From positions 6,433 to 70,432 of the forward strand of contig CAZGJH010000002.1 of assembly GCA_964525735.1 (NCBI GenBank): a stretch of 64,000 bases of DNA, written 5' to 3'. The notes under the pieces are model-generated. The model did no database searches. It worked only from the letters and a program-made list of their open reading frames with translations, and was not told where the DNA came from. Below, piece by piece: positions 40,646-50,265 of this stretch (its first letter is position 1; each line of letters starts with the position of its first letter). The translations under genes were made by a program, and so were the position numbers. This DNA is from an uncultured Sangeribacter sp. Its GTDB lineage: Bacteria; Bacteroidota; Bacteroidia; Bacteroidales; Muribaculaceae.

Positions 40646-42475
40646 TCAGATGTCTCTTCTTACGCCCCCCTTGTCAGCCGACGTCACGGCTGAAGCATAG
40701 GCTTTTAATGCACGACTCACAACTCTATCGCGGCCACGTGGCGTGAAGGCCTCCTTGCCGAAAGCCTCTTCCTCCTTGCGCCGTTCCTCCAATTCGCTTG
40801 CGGAGAGACGCACGTTGATGCTGCGCGCAGGAATATCGATATCGATTATATCGCCATCGCGCACGAGAGCTATCTCGCCGCCTGCAGCCGCCTCGGGAGA
40901 GATATGTCCTATGGAGAGTCCGGAAGTGCCACCCGAGAAACGTCCGTCGGTGATCAAGGCACACTCCTTGCCAAGATGCTTGCTTTTGATGTAGCTCGTA
41001 GGGTAGAGCATCTCCTGCATACCGGGGCCACCTTTGGGGCCTTCGTAGAGAATCACTACAACATCACCACTCTTCACTTTATCTTTGAGAATGCCTTCTA
41101 CGGCCTCCTCCTGGCTCTTGAATACACGAGCCGGGCCCGAGAACTGGAAGATGCTCTCGTCGACTCCAGCCGTTTTCACCACACAGCCATCCTTGGCGAT
41201 GTTGCCATAAAGCACAGCCAGACCGCCATCTTTCACGTAGGCATTGTCGAAATTGCGGATGCAACCCTTTTCGCGGTCGGCATCCAGCTCCTTATAATTG
41301 TTGGCCTGCGAACCCATCACGGTGGTGTGCTTCATTCCTGGCGCGGAATGCCAGAGAGCGGATGCTTTCTCACCGAACTCTTTCCCTTCGATGGCGAATT
41401 GTTCGATCGCTTCTCCGAGAGTCAGTCCGTCGACACGTTTCACCGTTGTGTCGAGAAGATTTTGATCGGCTAATTGCTTCATGATCGAGAGAATGCCACC
41501 GGCACGGTTGACATCTTCGATATGATAGCTCGAATTGGGGGCTACTTTACACAGCACAGGGGTTTTACGCGAGAGAGCGTCGATATCGGCCATTGTGAAA
41601 TCAGCGCCGGCCTCGTTGGCCACAGCGAGAAGGTGAAGCACAGTGTTGGTGCTTCCTCCCATGGCTATGTCAAGAGTCATGGCATTCAGTATTGCCTCAC
41701 GTGTGGCGATATTGCGGGGCAACACGGAAGAGTCGCCCTCCATATAATATTTATAGGTGTTTTCTACGATTTTCCGAGCCGCTTCCTTAAACAGCTCGAT
41801 ACGGTTGGCGTGGGTGGCAAGGATGGTGCCGTTTCCAGGTAAAGCCAAACCGATGGCCTCGTTGAGAGAGTTCATCGAATTTGCGGTAAACATTCCTGAG
41901 CAGGAGCCGCAAGTGGGGCAGCCCTCTTTCTCAAGTTGCGCCACACTGTTGTCGTCGACAGTAGGATCGGCCGAATCTACCATGATGTCGATCAGGTCGA
42001 GTTTGCGTCCGTTGAGATCGCCGGCTTCCATCGGGCCGCCAGAAACAAAGATAGTGGGTATGTTAAGACGCATTGCTGCCATGAGCATGCCTGGAGTGAC
42101 CTTGTCGCAATTGCTGATGCAAATCATGGCGTCGGCTTTGTGGGCGTTCACCATATACTCCACGGAGTCGGCAATAAGATCGCGCGAGGGGAGGGAGTAG
42201 AGCATCCCATCGTGGCCCATGGCTATACCGTCGTCGATAGCGATAGTGTTAAACTCTGCGGCGAAGCAACCAAGCTTTTCGATTTCCTTTTTTACGATCT
42301 GACCTATTTCATGCAGATGAGTATGCCCGGGCACAAACTGAGTGAAGGAGTTTACGACGGCAATAATCGGCTTGCCCATCTGCTCCTCCTTCATACCGTT
42401 GGCACGCCAGAGCGCACGCGCTCCCGCCATACGTCGGCCGAACGTGCTGGCATAACTTCTGAGTTGGTTTACCAT
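40646..42475 (-). CDS. ilvD: Dihydroxy-acid dehydratase
   Basis: [34 protein letters not shown] and TDGRFSGG. Confidence 0.97.
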   Translation of the reverse strand: MVNQLRSYASTFGRRMAGARALWRANGMKEEQMGKPIIAVVNSFTQFVPGHTHLHEIGQIVKKEIEKLGCFAAEFNTIAIDDGIAMGHDGMLYSLPSRDLIADSVEYMVNAHKADAMICISNCDKVTPGMLMAAMRLNIPTIFVSGGPMEAGDLNGRKLDLIDIMVDSADPTVDDNSVAQLEKEGCPTCGSCSGMFTANSMNSLNEAIGLALPGNGTILATHANRIELFKEAARKIVENTYKYYMEGDSSVLPRNIATREAILNAMTLDIAMGGSTNTVLHLLAVANEAGADFTMADIDALSRKTPVLCKVAPNSSYHIEDVNRAGGILSIMKQLADQNLLDTTVKRVDGLTLGEAIEQFAIEGKEFGEKASALWHSAPGMKHTTVMGSQANNYKELDADREKGCIRNFDNAYVKDGGLAVLYGNIAKDGCVVKTAGVDESIFQFSGPARVFKSQEEAVEGILKDKVKSGDVVVILYEGPKGGPGMQEMLYPTSYIKSKHLGKECALITDGRFSGGTSGLSIGHISPEAAAGGEIALVRDGDIIDIDIPARSINVRLSASELEERRKEEEAFGKEAFTPRGRDRVVSRALKAYASAVTSADKGGVRRDI

Positions 42476-42492
42476 ATCTTTTTTATCCTTTT

Positions 42493-42546
42493 TTACCTGT
42501 ATGCTTGTAGTAGCAAAGACCGGGCCTTTGACCCGGTCTGAAACAT
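42493..42546 (-). CDS. Candidate leader peptide [17 protein letters not shown] upstream of ilvD
   Basis: ATG...TAA 17-codon ORF between the promoter and ilvD, with consecutive Leu codons TTG CTA CTA. Confidence 0.4.
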   Translation of the reverse strand: MFQTGSKARSLLLQAYR

Positions 42547-42554
42547 TGTTTCGG

Positions 42555-42586
42555 CAAATTTAGCCAATATATTTCTAAATAGCAAA
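42555..42586 (-). promoter_or_regulatory. Promoter of the ilv operon
   Basis: On the minus strand, TTTG (42586-42583) - 20 nt - TAAATTTG (42562-42555). Confidence 0.7.
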
Positions 42587-42667
42587 TTTTTTGTAAAAAA
42601 GCGAACTTAAACTCTCACTTTCGTGCCTGTTTTGCACACATTCTGCTAAAGTGTGCGACACATTGGC

Positions 42668-43702
42668 TTACATAAGGAGAATTCCCGCCTCCTTGCATTT
42701 CTCAATTTGCTCCTCGGGCCAGATCGAGGCTTGCACCTCTCCGATATGGGCTTTCTGAAGCAGGAACATGCAAAGACGGCTTTGCCCGATGCCTCCGCCT
42801 ATCGAGGGAGGAAGCTCGCCTTCGAGCAGACGTTTGTGGAACGCGAGCTCGCTTCGCTCTTCGCAACCACGCTCTTTCAGCTGACGCTTGAGCGATTCCG
42901 GATTCACACGGATGCCCATCGACGAGAGCTCTATGGAGCGACCGAGCACAGAATCCCATACGAGGATGTCGCCGTTGAGGCCGAGATAACCATCTTCATT
43001 TTCTGAAATCCAGTCGTCGTAGTCGGGAGCGCGGCCGTCGTGGGGCTTGCCGTCGCCGAGTGGTGCGCCGATTCCTATCAGGAAGACAGCGCCATATTTT
43101 CGAGCTGCTTCCGATTCGCGCTCCGAAGGGGAGAGGTCGGGAAATTCCTGACGCAGAGCTTCAGAATGTATGAAGGTGATCTCTTCGGGCAGGCGGGGTG
43201 TGATATGAGGGAAATCTTCGTAAACTTTTCTCTCCGTCTCACGAATGGCGCCGTATATGCGTCTTACAGTATCTTTCAGATAGTCGAGGTTGCGGTCTTT
43301 CTCCTCAATCGTTTTTTCCCAGTCCCATTGGTCAACGTAGAGGGAGTGGAGATTGTCGAGCTCCTCGTCGGCTCTGATGGCATTCATGTCGGTGTAGAGG
43401 CCATAACCGGGCGCGATATCATAGGCGCTAAGTTTCGTTCTTTTCCACTTAGCGAGCGAATGAACCACTTCGGCACGTCGTTCGCCGAGAGCCTTTACGG
43501 GGAATGCCACAGGGCGTTCCACGCCGTTGAGATCGTCGTTCAGACCGGTGCCGGAGAGCACGAAAAGGGGAGCGGTGACCCTTCGGAGTGAAAGAGCTTC
43601 AGCGAGTTTGCGCTGAAAAGTGTGTTTGATGGTCTTGATGGCCACTTCGGTGGTTTCGGGAAGTAGCTTCTGCTTATATTTCTTTGGAATAATAAGACTC
43701 AT
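42668..43702 (-). CDS. asnA: Aspartate--ammonia ligase
   Basis: DDLNGVERPV, VVHSLAKWKR, YVDQWDWE, RAPDYDDW and GGGIGQSR. Confidence 0.97.
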   Translation of the reverse strand: MSLIIPKKYKQKLLPETTEVAIKTIKHTFQRKLAEALSLRRVTAPLFVLSGTGLNDDLNGVERPVAFPVKALGERRAEVVHSLAKWKRTKLSAYDIAPGYGLYTDMNAIRADEELDNLHSLYVDQWDWEKTIEEKDRNLDYLKDTVRRIYGAIRETERKVYEDFPHITPRLPEEITFIHSEALRQEFPDLSPSERESEAARKYGAVFLIGIGAPLGDGKPHDGRAPDYDDWISENEDGYLGLNGDILVWDSVLGRSIELSSMGIRVNPESLKRQLKERGCEERSELAFHKRLLEGELPPSIGGGIGQSRLCMFLLQKAHIGEVQASIWPEEQIEKCKEAGILLM

Positions 43703-43801
43703 TGTGGGTTAAGATATATAATATGAGTAACACTATGTCAAAAACTCTGCAAAGTTACTAACAAAACATCAATTCTGCAAGTGGAAATTGCGATTGAGAA
43801 G

Positions 43802-43833
43802 TTTGGTAAATCAGGAATAAAGTATTAACTTTG
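43802..43833 (+). promoter_or_regulatory. Promoter of the btuB-like operon
   Basis: TTTG (43802) - 20 nt - TAACTTTG (43826). Confidence 0.72.
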
Positions 43834-43839
43834 CACCGT

Positions 43840-43945
43840 TTCCCCAAGATAGTGCAGCGACACGGCTCGGGGAGATGAAGGAATGAGGTGAAATTCCTCT
43901 ACAGTCTCGCTACGGTAGAAAGTCCGACCCTTCTCTGGAAATTAT
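43840..43945 (+). ncRNA. Cobalamin riboswitch (compact form)
   Basis: Core gaaggaa-tgagg-tgaaat-tcctc-tacagtctcgctacggta...aagtccga resembles the AGGGAA-GGTGnAAnTCC-ACnG-CCCGCnACTGTA...AAGYCAG consensus. It lies between a promoter and a TonB-dependent receptor gene. Confidence 0.8.
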
Positions 43946-43960
43946 GTTTTTCTTCGAGAC

Positions 43961-46009
43961 ATGAGAAAACTATTGTTAATAAACATTTTGACACTAAGCT
44001 ATCTCACGTCGGTAAATGCTTCCGAGGTGAGATTTTCTTTTTCTTCGCTGCAAGATCCGGCGACACGCTCAGCGTATTCAGAACCGGATTCGGTAGAGAT
44101 GCTGCTGCCTGAAGTGGAGGTGATAGATAAACCGGCTTCAAAAGCGATAACATCTTCGGCTCCCGTCTATCAACTCGATGCGAAAGCAATCGAGCAGCTC
44201 GCGGTGACAGATATCTCCGATGCCATGCGCCGCCTCCCTGGCGTCACCTTGCGCGATTACGGCGGGTTGGGCGGATTAAAGACAATCTCTGTGCGTGGAC
44301 TCGGCAGCGAGCACACAGCCGTGATGTATGATGGCGTGCCCCTCTCCGATATCAAGAGCGGACAAGTTGATCTTTCCCGCTACTCCCTGTCGTATCTTAA
44401 TTCTATAGATCTTCATTCGGGCGACAACGACGATATCTTCATTCCCGCAAGGGCTGTGGCGGGGGCAAATACTCTCTCGCTTTCGTCGTTTAACAATCGT
44501 GTCAAGGCGGCTGATGCAACCGATGTCACGGTAAAGATGATGGCAGGGTCGTTTGGATTCCTGAATCCCTCGGCAAGGATTGAACGGAGCTGGAAAGAGG
44601 GGTTCAAGCTGATTGCCACAGGCGATTACATCCACTCTGACAATGATTTTCCGTTTGATTTGAAAAACGGCAGCGTCACCACCCGTGAGAAACGTACACA
44701 TTCGAATATCAATTCTTGGAATGCCTCGCTCGACGCGATATATCAGCGAAACCGGACGAGGCTCAATGCCAAACTTTATTACTTCGATTCATCACGCAAT
44801 CTGCCTGGCCCCGTGATCTACTACGTCAGCGATAGCAACGAGAGCCTGAAAGAGCGCAACGCTTTCGGGCAATTATCTTTGCGCAAGATGTTCAGCTCGG
44901 TCTTTTCGCTGATGGCTCACGCAAAATTTGATTGGGCCTCAACAAGATATGCTGATGTTAAGGCGATCTATCCCGGTGGCCGACTCGACAATAGATATAT
45001 TCAACGTGAAGCCACGGCGGCCGCGACACTATTAGCCACGCCCATCGAGAAATGGTCGGCAAGTTATTCGGCCGATTGGGCTTTCCAGAATCTTTCGGGC
45101 AATAAGGTTGACCTGAGCCGCCCTTCGCGCAACTCTCTCTTGCAGTCGTTGGCCGTGAAATATCGTTCAGATCTTATTTCCGTGACGGGAAGGCTATTAT
45201 GGTCGCTCTATCATAACTCTGTAAAGAATGGAGAAGCTGCCAAGAATGAAAATCGGCTTTCGCCTTCGCTCAACGTTTCTGTAAAACCCTTCGGGAGTCA
45301 GAATCTCTTTCTCAGAGGGAGTTACAAGAATATTTTCCGACTCCCTACCTTCAGCGAACTCTACTTTGACCATTACGGCACAATCAACCTCAACCCTGAG
45401 ATTACCGACCAGCTAAACGTTGGAGCCACCTACGAGAAAACATCCTGGGGCTCACTCGCGGAGCTCTCGCTGACCGCCGACGCCTATTTCAATCAGGTGA
45501 AAAACAAGATTGTGGCCGTGCCCTACAATATGTTTATCTGGACGATGACAAACTTAGGCAAGGTGAAGGTGTACGGTTTAGATTTTACTCTCTCAGCCAC
45601 TTTCAACATTAACCAGAAGAATAAGCTTCTGCTCAACGGTTCATATTCTTATCAGAGAGCGCGCCCGCGCACCTCTCCGGAATCGTCCGACTGGAACAAG
45701 CAAGTGGCGTATGTGCCTTGGAATTCAGGCGCGGGCTCGATTTCCTGGCTGAATCCCTGGGTGAATGTGGTGCTCCACTCAACCGCGACGGGCAAGCGAT
45801 ACACCATTAGTTCGAATCTGCCAGACACAAAGATCGACGGCTTCATTGACACTGGTCTTTCTCTATATCGCTCGTTCGCCGTAAAGCGTTCAGAGTTTGA
45901 GGTGCGTTTTGATGTGCTTAATCTTTTCGATACACAGTATGAGCTTGTGGCCCGCTATCCCATGCCTGGCCGCAGTTGGCGAGTCTCTTTGGAGTATCAC
46001 CTCAAGTAA
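43961..46009 (+). CDS. btuB: TonB-dependent receptor, probable cobalamin transporter
   Basis: Plug motifs DYGGLGGLKTISVRGLG and DGVP, barrel C-terminus NLFD..Y...YPMPGR, and the upstream riboswitch. Confidence 0.82.
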   Translation: MRKLLLINILTLSYLTSVNASEVRFSFSSLQDPATRSAYSEPDSVEMLLPEVEVIDKPASKAITSSAPVYQLDAKAIEQLAVTDISDAMRRLPGVTLRDYGGLGGLKTISVRGLGSEHTAVMYDGVPLSDIKSGQVDLSRYSLSYLNSIDLHSGDNDDIFIPARAVAGANTLSLSSFNNRVKAADATDVTVKMMAGSFGFLNPSARIERSWKEGFKLIATGDYIHSDNDFPFDLKNGSVTTREKRTHSNINSWNASLDAIYQRNRTRLNAKLYYFDSSRNLPGPVIYYVSDSNESLKERNAFGQLSLRKMFSSVFSLMAHAKFDWASTRYADVKAIYPGGRLDNRYIQREATAAATLLATPIEKWSASYSADWAFQNLSGNKVDLSRPSRNSLLQSLAVKYRSDLISVTGRLLWSLYHNSVKNGEAAKNENRLSPSLNVSVKPFGSQNLFLRGSYKNIFRLPTFSELYFDHYGTINLNPEITDQLNVGATYEKTSWGSLAELSLTADAYFNQVKNKIVAVPYNMFIWTMTNLGKVKVYGLDFTLSATFNINQKNKLLLNGSYSYQRARPRTSPESSDWNKQVAYVPWNSGAGSISWLNPWVNVVLHSTATGKRYTISSNLPDTKIDGFIDTGLSLYRSFAVKRSEFEVRFDVLNLFDTQYELVARYPMPGRSWRVSLEYHLK

Positions 46010-46053
46010 TTTGCTGATAAACAAAAACAATTTCAAAATAATACAAGATCAAC

Positions 46054-47157
46054 ATGAAATCTTATCTGAAGCCTTTGGCTCTGTCGGCACTGCTTGCCGG
46101 CCTCTTTACTTCGTGTGACAATGACGATAATCCAATCCTGATTATCGATCCCGTGCAATTCTCGTCGGTTAAAGCGTTCGTGCTTTGCCAGGGACAGTCT
46201 TACAACAAGATTCCCGGCGAACTTGATGTGCTCGATGTGAGAAATATGGCTATGGAGCGTAGCGTTTTCAAGAAAGCTAACAACCGGGAGCTTGGCGACA
46301 CTCCCCAGTGCGGAGTGGTTTACGGTTCGAAGGTTTATCTCGGCACTTCCGAAAGCCAGACAATCGACATCATCGACCAGAAGTCCTATCAGTCGCTGGC
46401 ACAGCTTCGTCTCAGCGGAGAAACTGAGGGTAGCACTCCTCGCTCAATGGTAGCCACCGGAGGCAAGGTTTATATTTCTATGTATGAGGGATATGTTGCG
46501 CGCCTTGACACCCTCACAATGCAGATTGACGCTCACGTCAAGGTTGGACCCAATCCTGAGATCATGTGTCTGCACGGTGGCAAACTTTATGTGCCCAATT
46601 CCGACGGCATGAACTATGAATCTGGAAGTTATGGAAAGACGGCATCGATCGTAACTCTCGAACCGTTTGCTGAAGAGAAGACTATCGAGGTGCCCGAAAA
46701 TCCCAACGCTTTCTACAGCGATGGCGACAACCTCTATCTTCTTAGCAAGGGCAACTATGGCAACGTGGCCTCTGCGCTCTACAAATTTGGTAAAGATTTC
46801 AAGTATACCAAAATCGCTCCCGCTACCAAGGCCGCTTATGGCTGGCATAAGATTTTCATAGCCGACCAGCCGTTTGATTTCAGCGCGACAGTGTTTAAGC
46901 CCTCTACCTACGCCGTATATGATTGTGCAACCGGTAAGGTAGAGCAGATCGGACTCCCCGAAGCGAAATCTCCAGCAGGATTGGCTGTTTCTCCGATCGA
47001 CGGTTCGCTATTTGTTACGGCATACAAAGTGCCAGAGGGACAGTTCCCCGATTACAAAGAAAGCTGCACGCTCCACGTCTACTCAGCCAATGGTGAGGCC
47101 GTAGGCCACTTCTCCGTGGGAGTGGGTGCGGAAGCAATCTTTTTCAACGTGAAATAA
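46054..47157 (+). CDS. Surface beta-propeller lipoprotein, BtuG/YncE-like B12-binding protein
   Basis: Lipobox FTSC with an acidic export signal DNDD, LGDT motif and propeller-like repeats. Follows the btuB-like gene. Confidence 0.75.
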   Translation: MKSYLKPLALSALLAGLFTSCDNDDNPILIIDPVQFSSVKAFVLCQGQSYNKIPGELDVLDVRNMAMERSVFKKANNRELGDTPQCGVVYGSKVYLGTSESQTIDIIDQKSYQSLAQLRLSGETEGSTPRSMVATGGKVYISMYEGYVARLDTLTMQIDAHVKVGPNPEIMCLHGGKLYVPNSDGMNYESGSYGKTASIVTLEPFAEEKTIEVPENPNAFYSDGDNLYLLSKGNYGNVASALYKFGKDFKYTKIAPATKAAYGWHKIFIADQPFDFSATVFKPSTYAVYDCATGKVEQIGLPEAKSPAGLAVSPIDGSLFVTAYKVPEGQFPDYKESCTLHVYSANGEAVGHFSVGVGAEAIFFNVK

Positions 47158-47175
47158 TCCGTCTCAGATGTTCTT

Positions 47176-47230
47176 TCGAAATAAAGCGATAGCCCGACAA
47201 GCTGCTTGTCGGGCTATCGCTTTATTTCGA
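47176..47230. terminator. Perfect 27-bp-arm palindrome, probable bidirectional terminator
   Basis: tcgaaataaagcgatagcccgacaagc-t-gcttgtcgggctatcgctttatttcga between convergent genes. Confidence 0.8.
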
Positions 47231-47243
47231 TTTTTTGATAAGG

Positions 47244-48164
47244 TTATTGTTTGTTATCGAATGTGATAAGCGAGAGGTGGTCGCTACTCTTCTTGTAGAG
47301 GGAGTCAGCCTTTGAAGCTTCGATTGAATCTTTCATTACCTTAGCCACTTCACGAACACGCTTCACATGATCAAGCCAATAGCCAGGTTTTACTTTATGA
47401 CGTTTCACCTTACCTTTTGAATAGAATTCGATCGCGGGTATTGTATCGTCATCAGAAACGATATCGGGCGAATAGTCGGCTGTGTTGCCGACGGAATCTT
47501 CAAAGTGATAGTATCTCACTTCCATGCTGCCTTCGTAATCGAGATTGCCGTAAAGCACTAAAGATGGTGCGCCTGAAGGATCGGCATCTACGCCATATCC
47601 GGCGAGTCGGTATTGTGCGGGAGTTGAAGTCTCGTCGCTATCGATACGGAACACCTCGCCATTAACGGAATCGATTATACAAAGCACCGGAATCCAACCC
47701 CTTGAAAGTTTCGGGTCGAGCGTCGCGAGTTCCTCATTTCGGAGCGAATCAAGAAGCTCGTTTTCGCGTTTGGAGAGATAATTCATCTGATAAACCTTTC
47801 CGGAGTCGATCCAGAGGTAAGAGCCATCGTCGAGGGTCCATCCTCTCCAGCCGATAGATTGCCACATCGTGTCGGGGGTTTGCTTCACTATCTGCTTGAG
47901 GGAATCGTCGACCATTGTGTGATAATAGCTCACCATCTGAGCCGAATCGGTAATATCGTGTAAAGGGTAGGGACGCGACAACGGATAAGAAACTGCCGAA
48001 GCGAAGGCTGCCGGGGAGTCGACCATTATGGCCATAGCCACACCTTTGACATCCTCGGGAAGATCATTATGGTCTACCTCCGCTTTCGGGCGGGAGCACC
48101 CTCCGATGACAGCGAGTGCCAGGAGGGAACATGAAATTATTGGGAGTGTATGTAGGGTAGACAT
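47244..48164 (-). CDS. Hypothetical lipoprotein
   Basis: 306-aa ORF with a hydrophobic N-terminus ending IGGC. Confidence 0.72.
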   Translation of the reverse strand: MSTLHTLPIISCSLLALAVIGGCSRPKAEVDHNDLPEDVKGVAMAIMVDSPAAFASAVSYPLSRPYPLHDITDSAQMVSYYHTMVDDSLKQIVKQTPDTMWQSIGWRGWTLDDGSYLWIDSGKVYQMNYLSKRENELLDSLRNEELATLDPKLSRGWIPVLCIIDSVNGEVFRIDSDETSTPAQYRLAGYGVDADPSGAPSLVLYGNLDYEGSMEVRYYHFEDSVGNTADYSPDIVSDDDTIPAIEFYSKGKVKRHKVKPGYWLDHVKRVREVAKVMKDSIEASKADSLYKKSSDHLSLITFDNKQ

Positions 48165-48208
48165 AAGCTTTTTTTAATTGAAGTTTAAAGTTAATCAAAA
48201 TTCAGCCT

Positions 48209-48724
48209 TTATTCGATAAAGAGAATCTCAAATTCTTCAACACGTCTTCTCTTGAGTTGAGAGAGTGTCTTGCCACGATATTTACTGTGGGCGAGATAAG
48301 CCTCTTTTATATTTCGATCTCCAGCCTTGAGTTTCTTATAAACCGAAGATTTGGCCACAACGCCAATTCCGCAGTTATAAGCCAGAGCACTGAGCAACAA
48401 ACTGTCTTTACCAAAACTTCGATATCTTTCGCAAAGTTTTGCAAGGTCTTTCCTCAGCAGCTCATCTGCCTGTTTTTCTGTAAGTGTCTGGTTATACTTA
48501 TAGGGGTCGCCAGGCAGAATTTTATGTCCATAACCTACAAGATTACCTTTTCTCTTGTGAAGGCCCTCATACTTCTTGATCACCTCAACAGCCTTGTCGA
48601 ATTGGGAGATGCTCGATTCGACATGGGTAGAGGTAGAAGTATTTGCGCCTACCATCATATCGACATAGCCAAACAAGAGGCTGCATGTCAAGACAACGGT
48701 ATAGATAAAATTTCTAAGTATCAT
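48209..48724 (-). CDS. Lysozyme-like glycoside hydrolase (GH24-like) with signal/anchor peptide
   Basis: IKKYEG...VGYGH, QADELLRKDL, ALAYNCG and L..RR..E, typical of phage and conjugative-element lysozymes. Confidence 0.82.
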   Translation of the reverse strand: MILRNFIYTVVLTCSLLFGYVDMMVGANTSTSTHVESSISQFDKAVEVIKKYEGLHKRKGNLVGYGHKILPGDPYKYNQTLTEKQADELLRKDLAKLCERYRSFGKDSLLLSALAYNCGIGVVAKSSVYKKLKAGDRNIKEAYLAHSKYRGKTLSQLKRRRVEEFEILFIE

Positions 48725-49045
48725 CTTGTATTCTTTTTAGTAACAGAGGAGCTGATAATAAGGTTAGGCCAGGAAACAAAAAAACCTGTTTCAGCGCCGC
48801 ATTTTCCATGGTTGCGGGGTCTGAAACTGCCACTTTTTATTAATGTCCTCATTTAAATAACGTTTGAAATCGGGAAAGACCAATCTTAAATGTTATAAAA
48901 TCTTTAATTCAGGGCTATAACTTGCTCGTTTACCCAATTTTTTATAATTTCGTGACATTTTTAAGGAAAATTTACCATTGTTTAGGAGTATACATAGGCT
49001 TTGGCAAGCTTTCTGAGAAACTATTTATTATCGCTAAACAAGAAT

Positions 49046-49297
49046 ATGAAATTTGAATATCACACCGAGGGGACTTGCTCCCGTTTGATTCACATAGAAG
49101 TAGAAGATGGAGTAGTGAAAGATCTCTCTTTCGAAGGGGGATGCCACGGCAATCTGCAAGGCATCTCGGCACTCGTAAAAGGGATGAAAGTTGAAGATGT
49201 AGTAAGCAGGCTTGAAGGGATCAAGTGCAAGACCAAACCAACCTCTTGCCCCGATCAGTTATCGAAGGCTCTGAAGACTCTACCAATTTTCAGTTAA
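49046..49297 (+). CDS. TIGR03905 family TSCPD-domain protein
   Basis: GTCS, F.GGCHGNLQGI, GIKC and TSCPDQL. Confidence 0.88.
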   Translation: MKFEYHTEGTCSRLIHIEVEDGVVKDLSFEGGCHGNLQGISALVKGMKVEDVVSRLEGIKCKTKPTSCPDQLSKALKTLPIFS

Positions 49298-49409
49298 AAC
49301 CTACCATTTCCACATATTTGAGAATAATGTGGCCCTTGGAAACGTTACTGAAGTAAGTGATACCAATACATGCAAGCCTTTCACGGCTTGTATCAAAAAC
49401 AAGAAAACT

Positions 49410-50252
49410 ATGTCAGTTATTAAAAACGAGGAATTCGGCGGAGAACGTCCACTCTTCGCCGCACATGATCTCATATTGGAAAATGTAACCTTCCACGCAG
49501 GAGAGTCTGCTCTCAAGGCCAGCAAGAATATCACATGCGTCAACTGTCGCTTCGAAGGGAAGTATCCTTTCTGGCACGCCGACCATTTCGTTATCGAAGA
49601 TTCTTTCTTCACTGAAGGTGCTCGCGCGGCTTTGTGGTATTCGCGTGATGTAGTGATGCGAAACACCATGGTAGAAGCTCCGAAGATGTTTCGCGAGATG
49701 GATGGCATCTCTCTTGATAATGTCAAGATTCCCAATGCCCAGGAAACTCTCTGGCATTGCAAGAATGCATCGCTCAAAGGGGTTGAATTGGCTAATGCCG
49801 ATTATCTCTTCATGCACGGAGAGAATATCAAGATTGAAGACTACAAGCACAATGGCAACTACTCTTTCCAGTATTGCAAGACAATGACGATACGCAATGC
49901 TGAGATCCATTCGAAAGATGCCTTCTGGAACACGGAAGATGTCTACGTATATGATTCGGTGCTTTCCGGAGAATACCTTGGCTGGTATTCCAAGAATCTT
50001 CATCTGATACGTTGCAAGATTTCAGGCACCCAACCGCTCTGTTATTGCGAAAACCTTGTGATGGAAGATTGCGAAATAGCTCCCGATGGCGACCTCGCTT
50101 TCGAAGACAGCACTCTCAATGCCACCGTCAACTCGGTGATCACTTCGGTGAAAAACCCGAAGAGTGGCGTGATACGCGCCCAGGGCTATGGTGAGATCAT
50201 ACTCGATGAAAACATCAAAGCACCCGCCGATTGTAAAATCGAAACATTCTGA
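49410..50252 (+). CDS. DUF3737 family beta-helix protein
   Basis: GERPLF, GESALK, GKYPFWH, SKDAFW, GEYLGW and QPLCY. Confidence 0.87.
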   Translation: MSVIKNEEFGGERPLFAAHDLILENVTFHAGESALKASKNITCVNCRFEGKYPFWHADHFVIEDSFFTEGARAALWYSRDVVMRNTMVEAPKMFREMDGISLDNVKIPNAQETLWHCKNASLKGVELANADYLFMHGENIKIEDYKHNGNYSFQYCKTMTIRNAEIHSKDAFWNTEDVYVYDSVLSGEYLGWYSKNLHLIRCKISGTQPLCYCENLVMEDCEIAPDGDLAFEDSTLNATVNSVITSVKNPKSGVIRAQGYGEIILDENIKAPADCKIETF

Positions 50253-50265
50253 AAGATACTTTCTT

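Noticed and set aside
48209-48724. Prophage or conjugative transposon around the lysozyme
   Set aside because: No holin, structural, tra, relaxase or integrase genes flank it.
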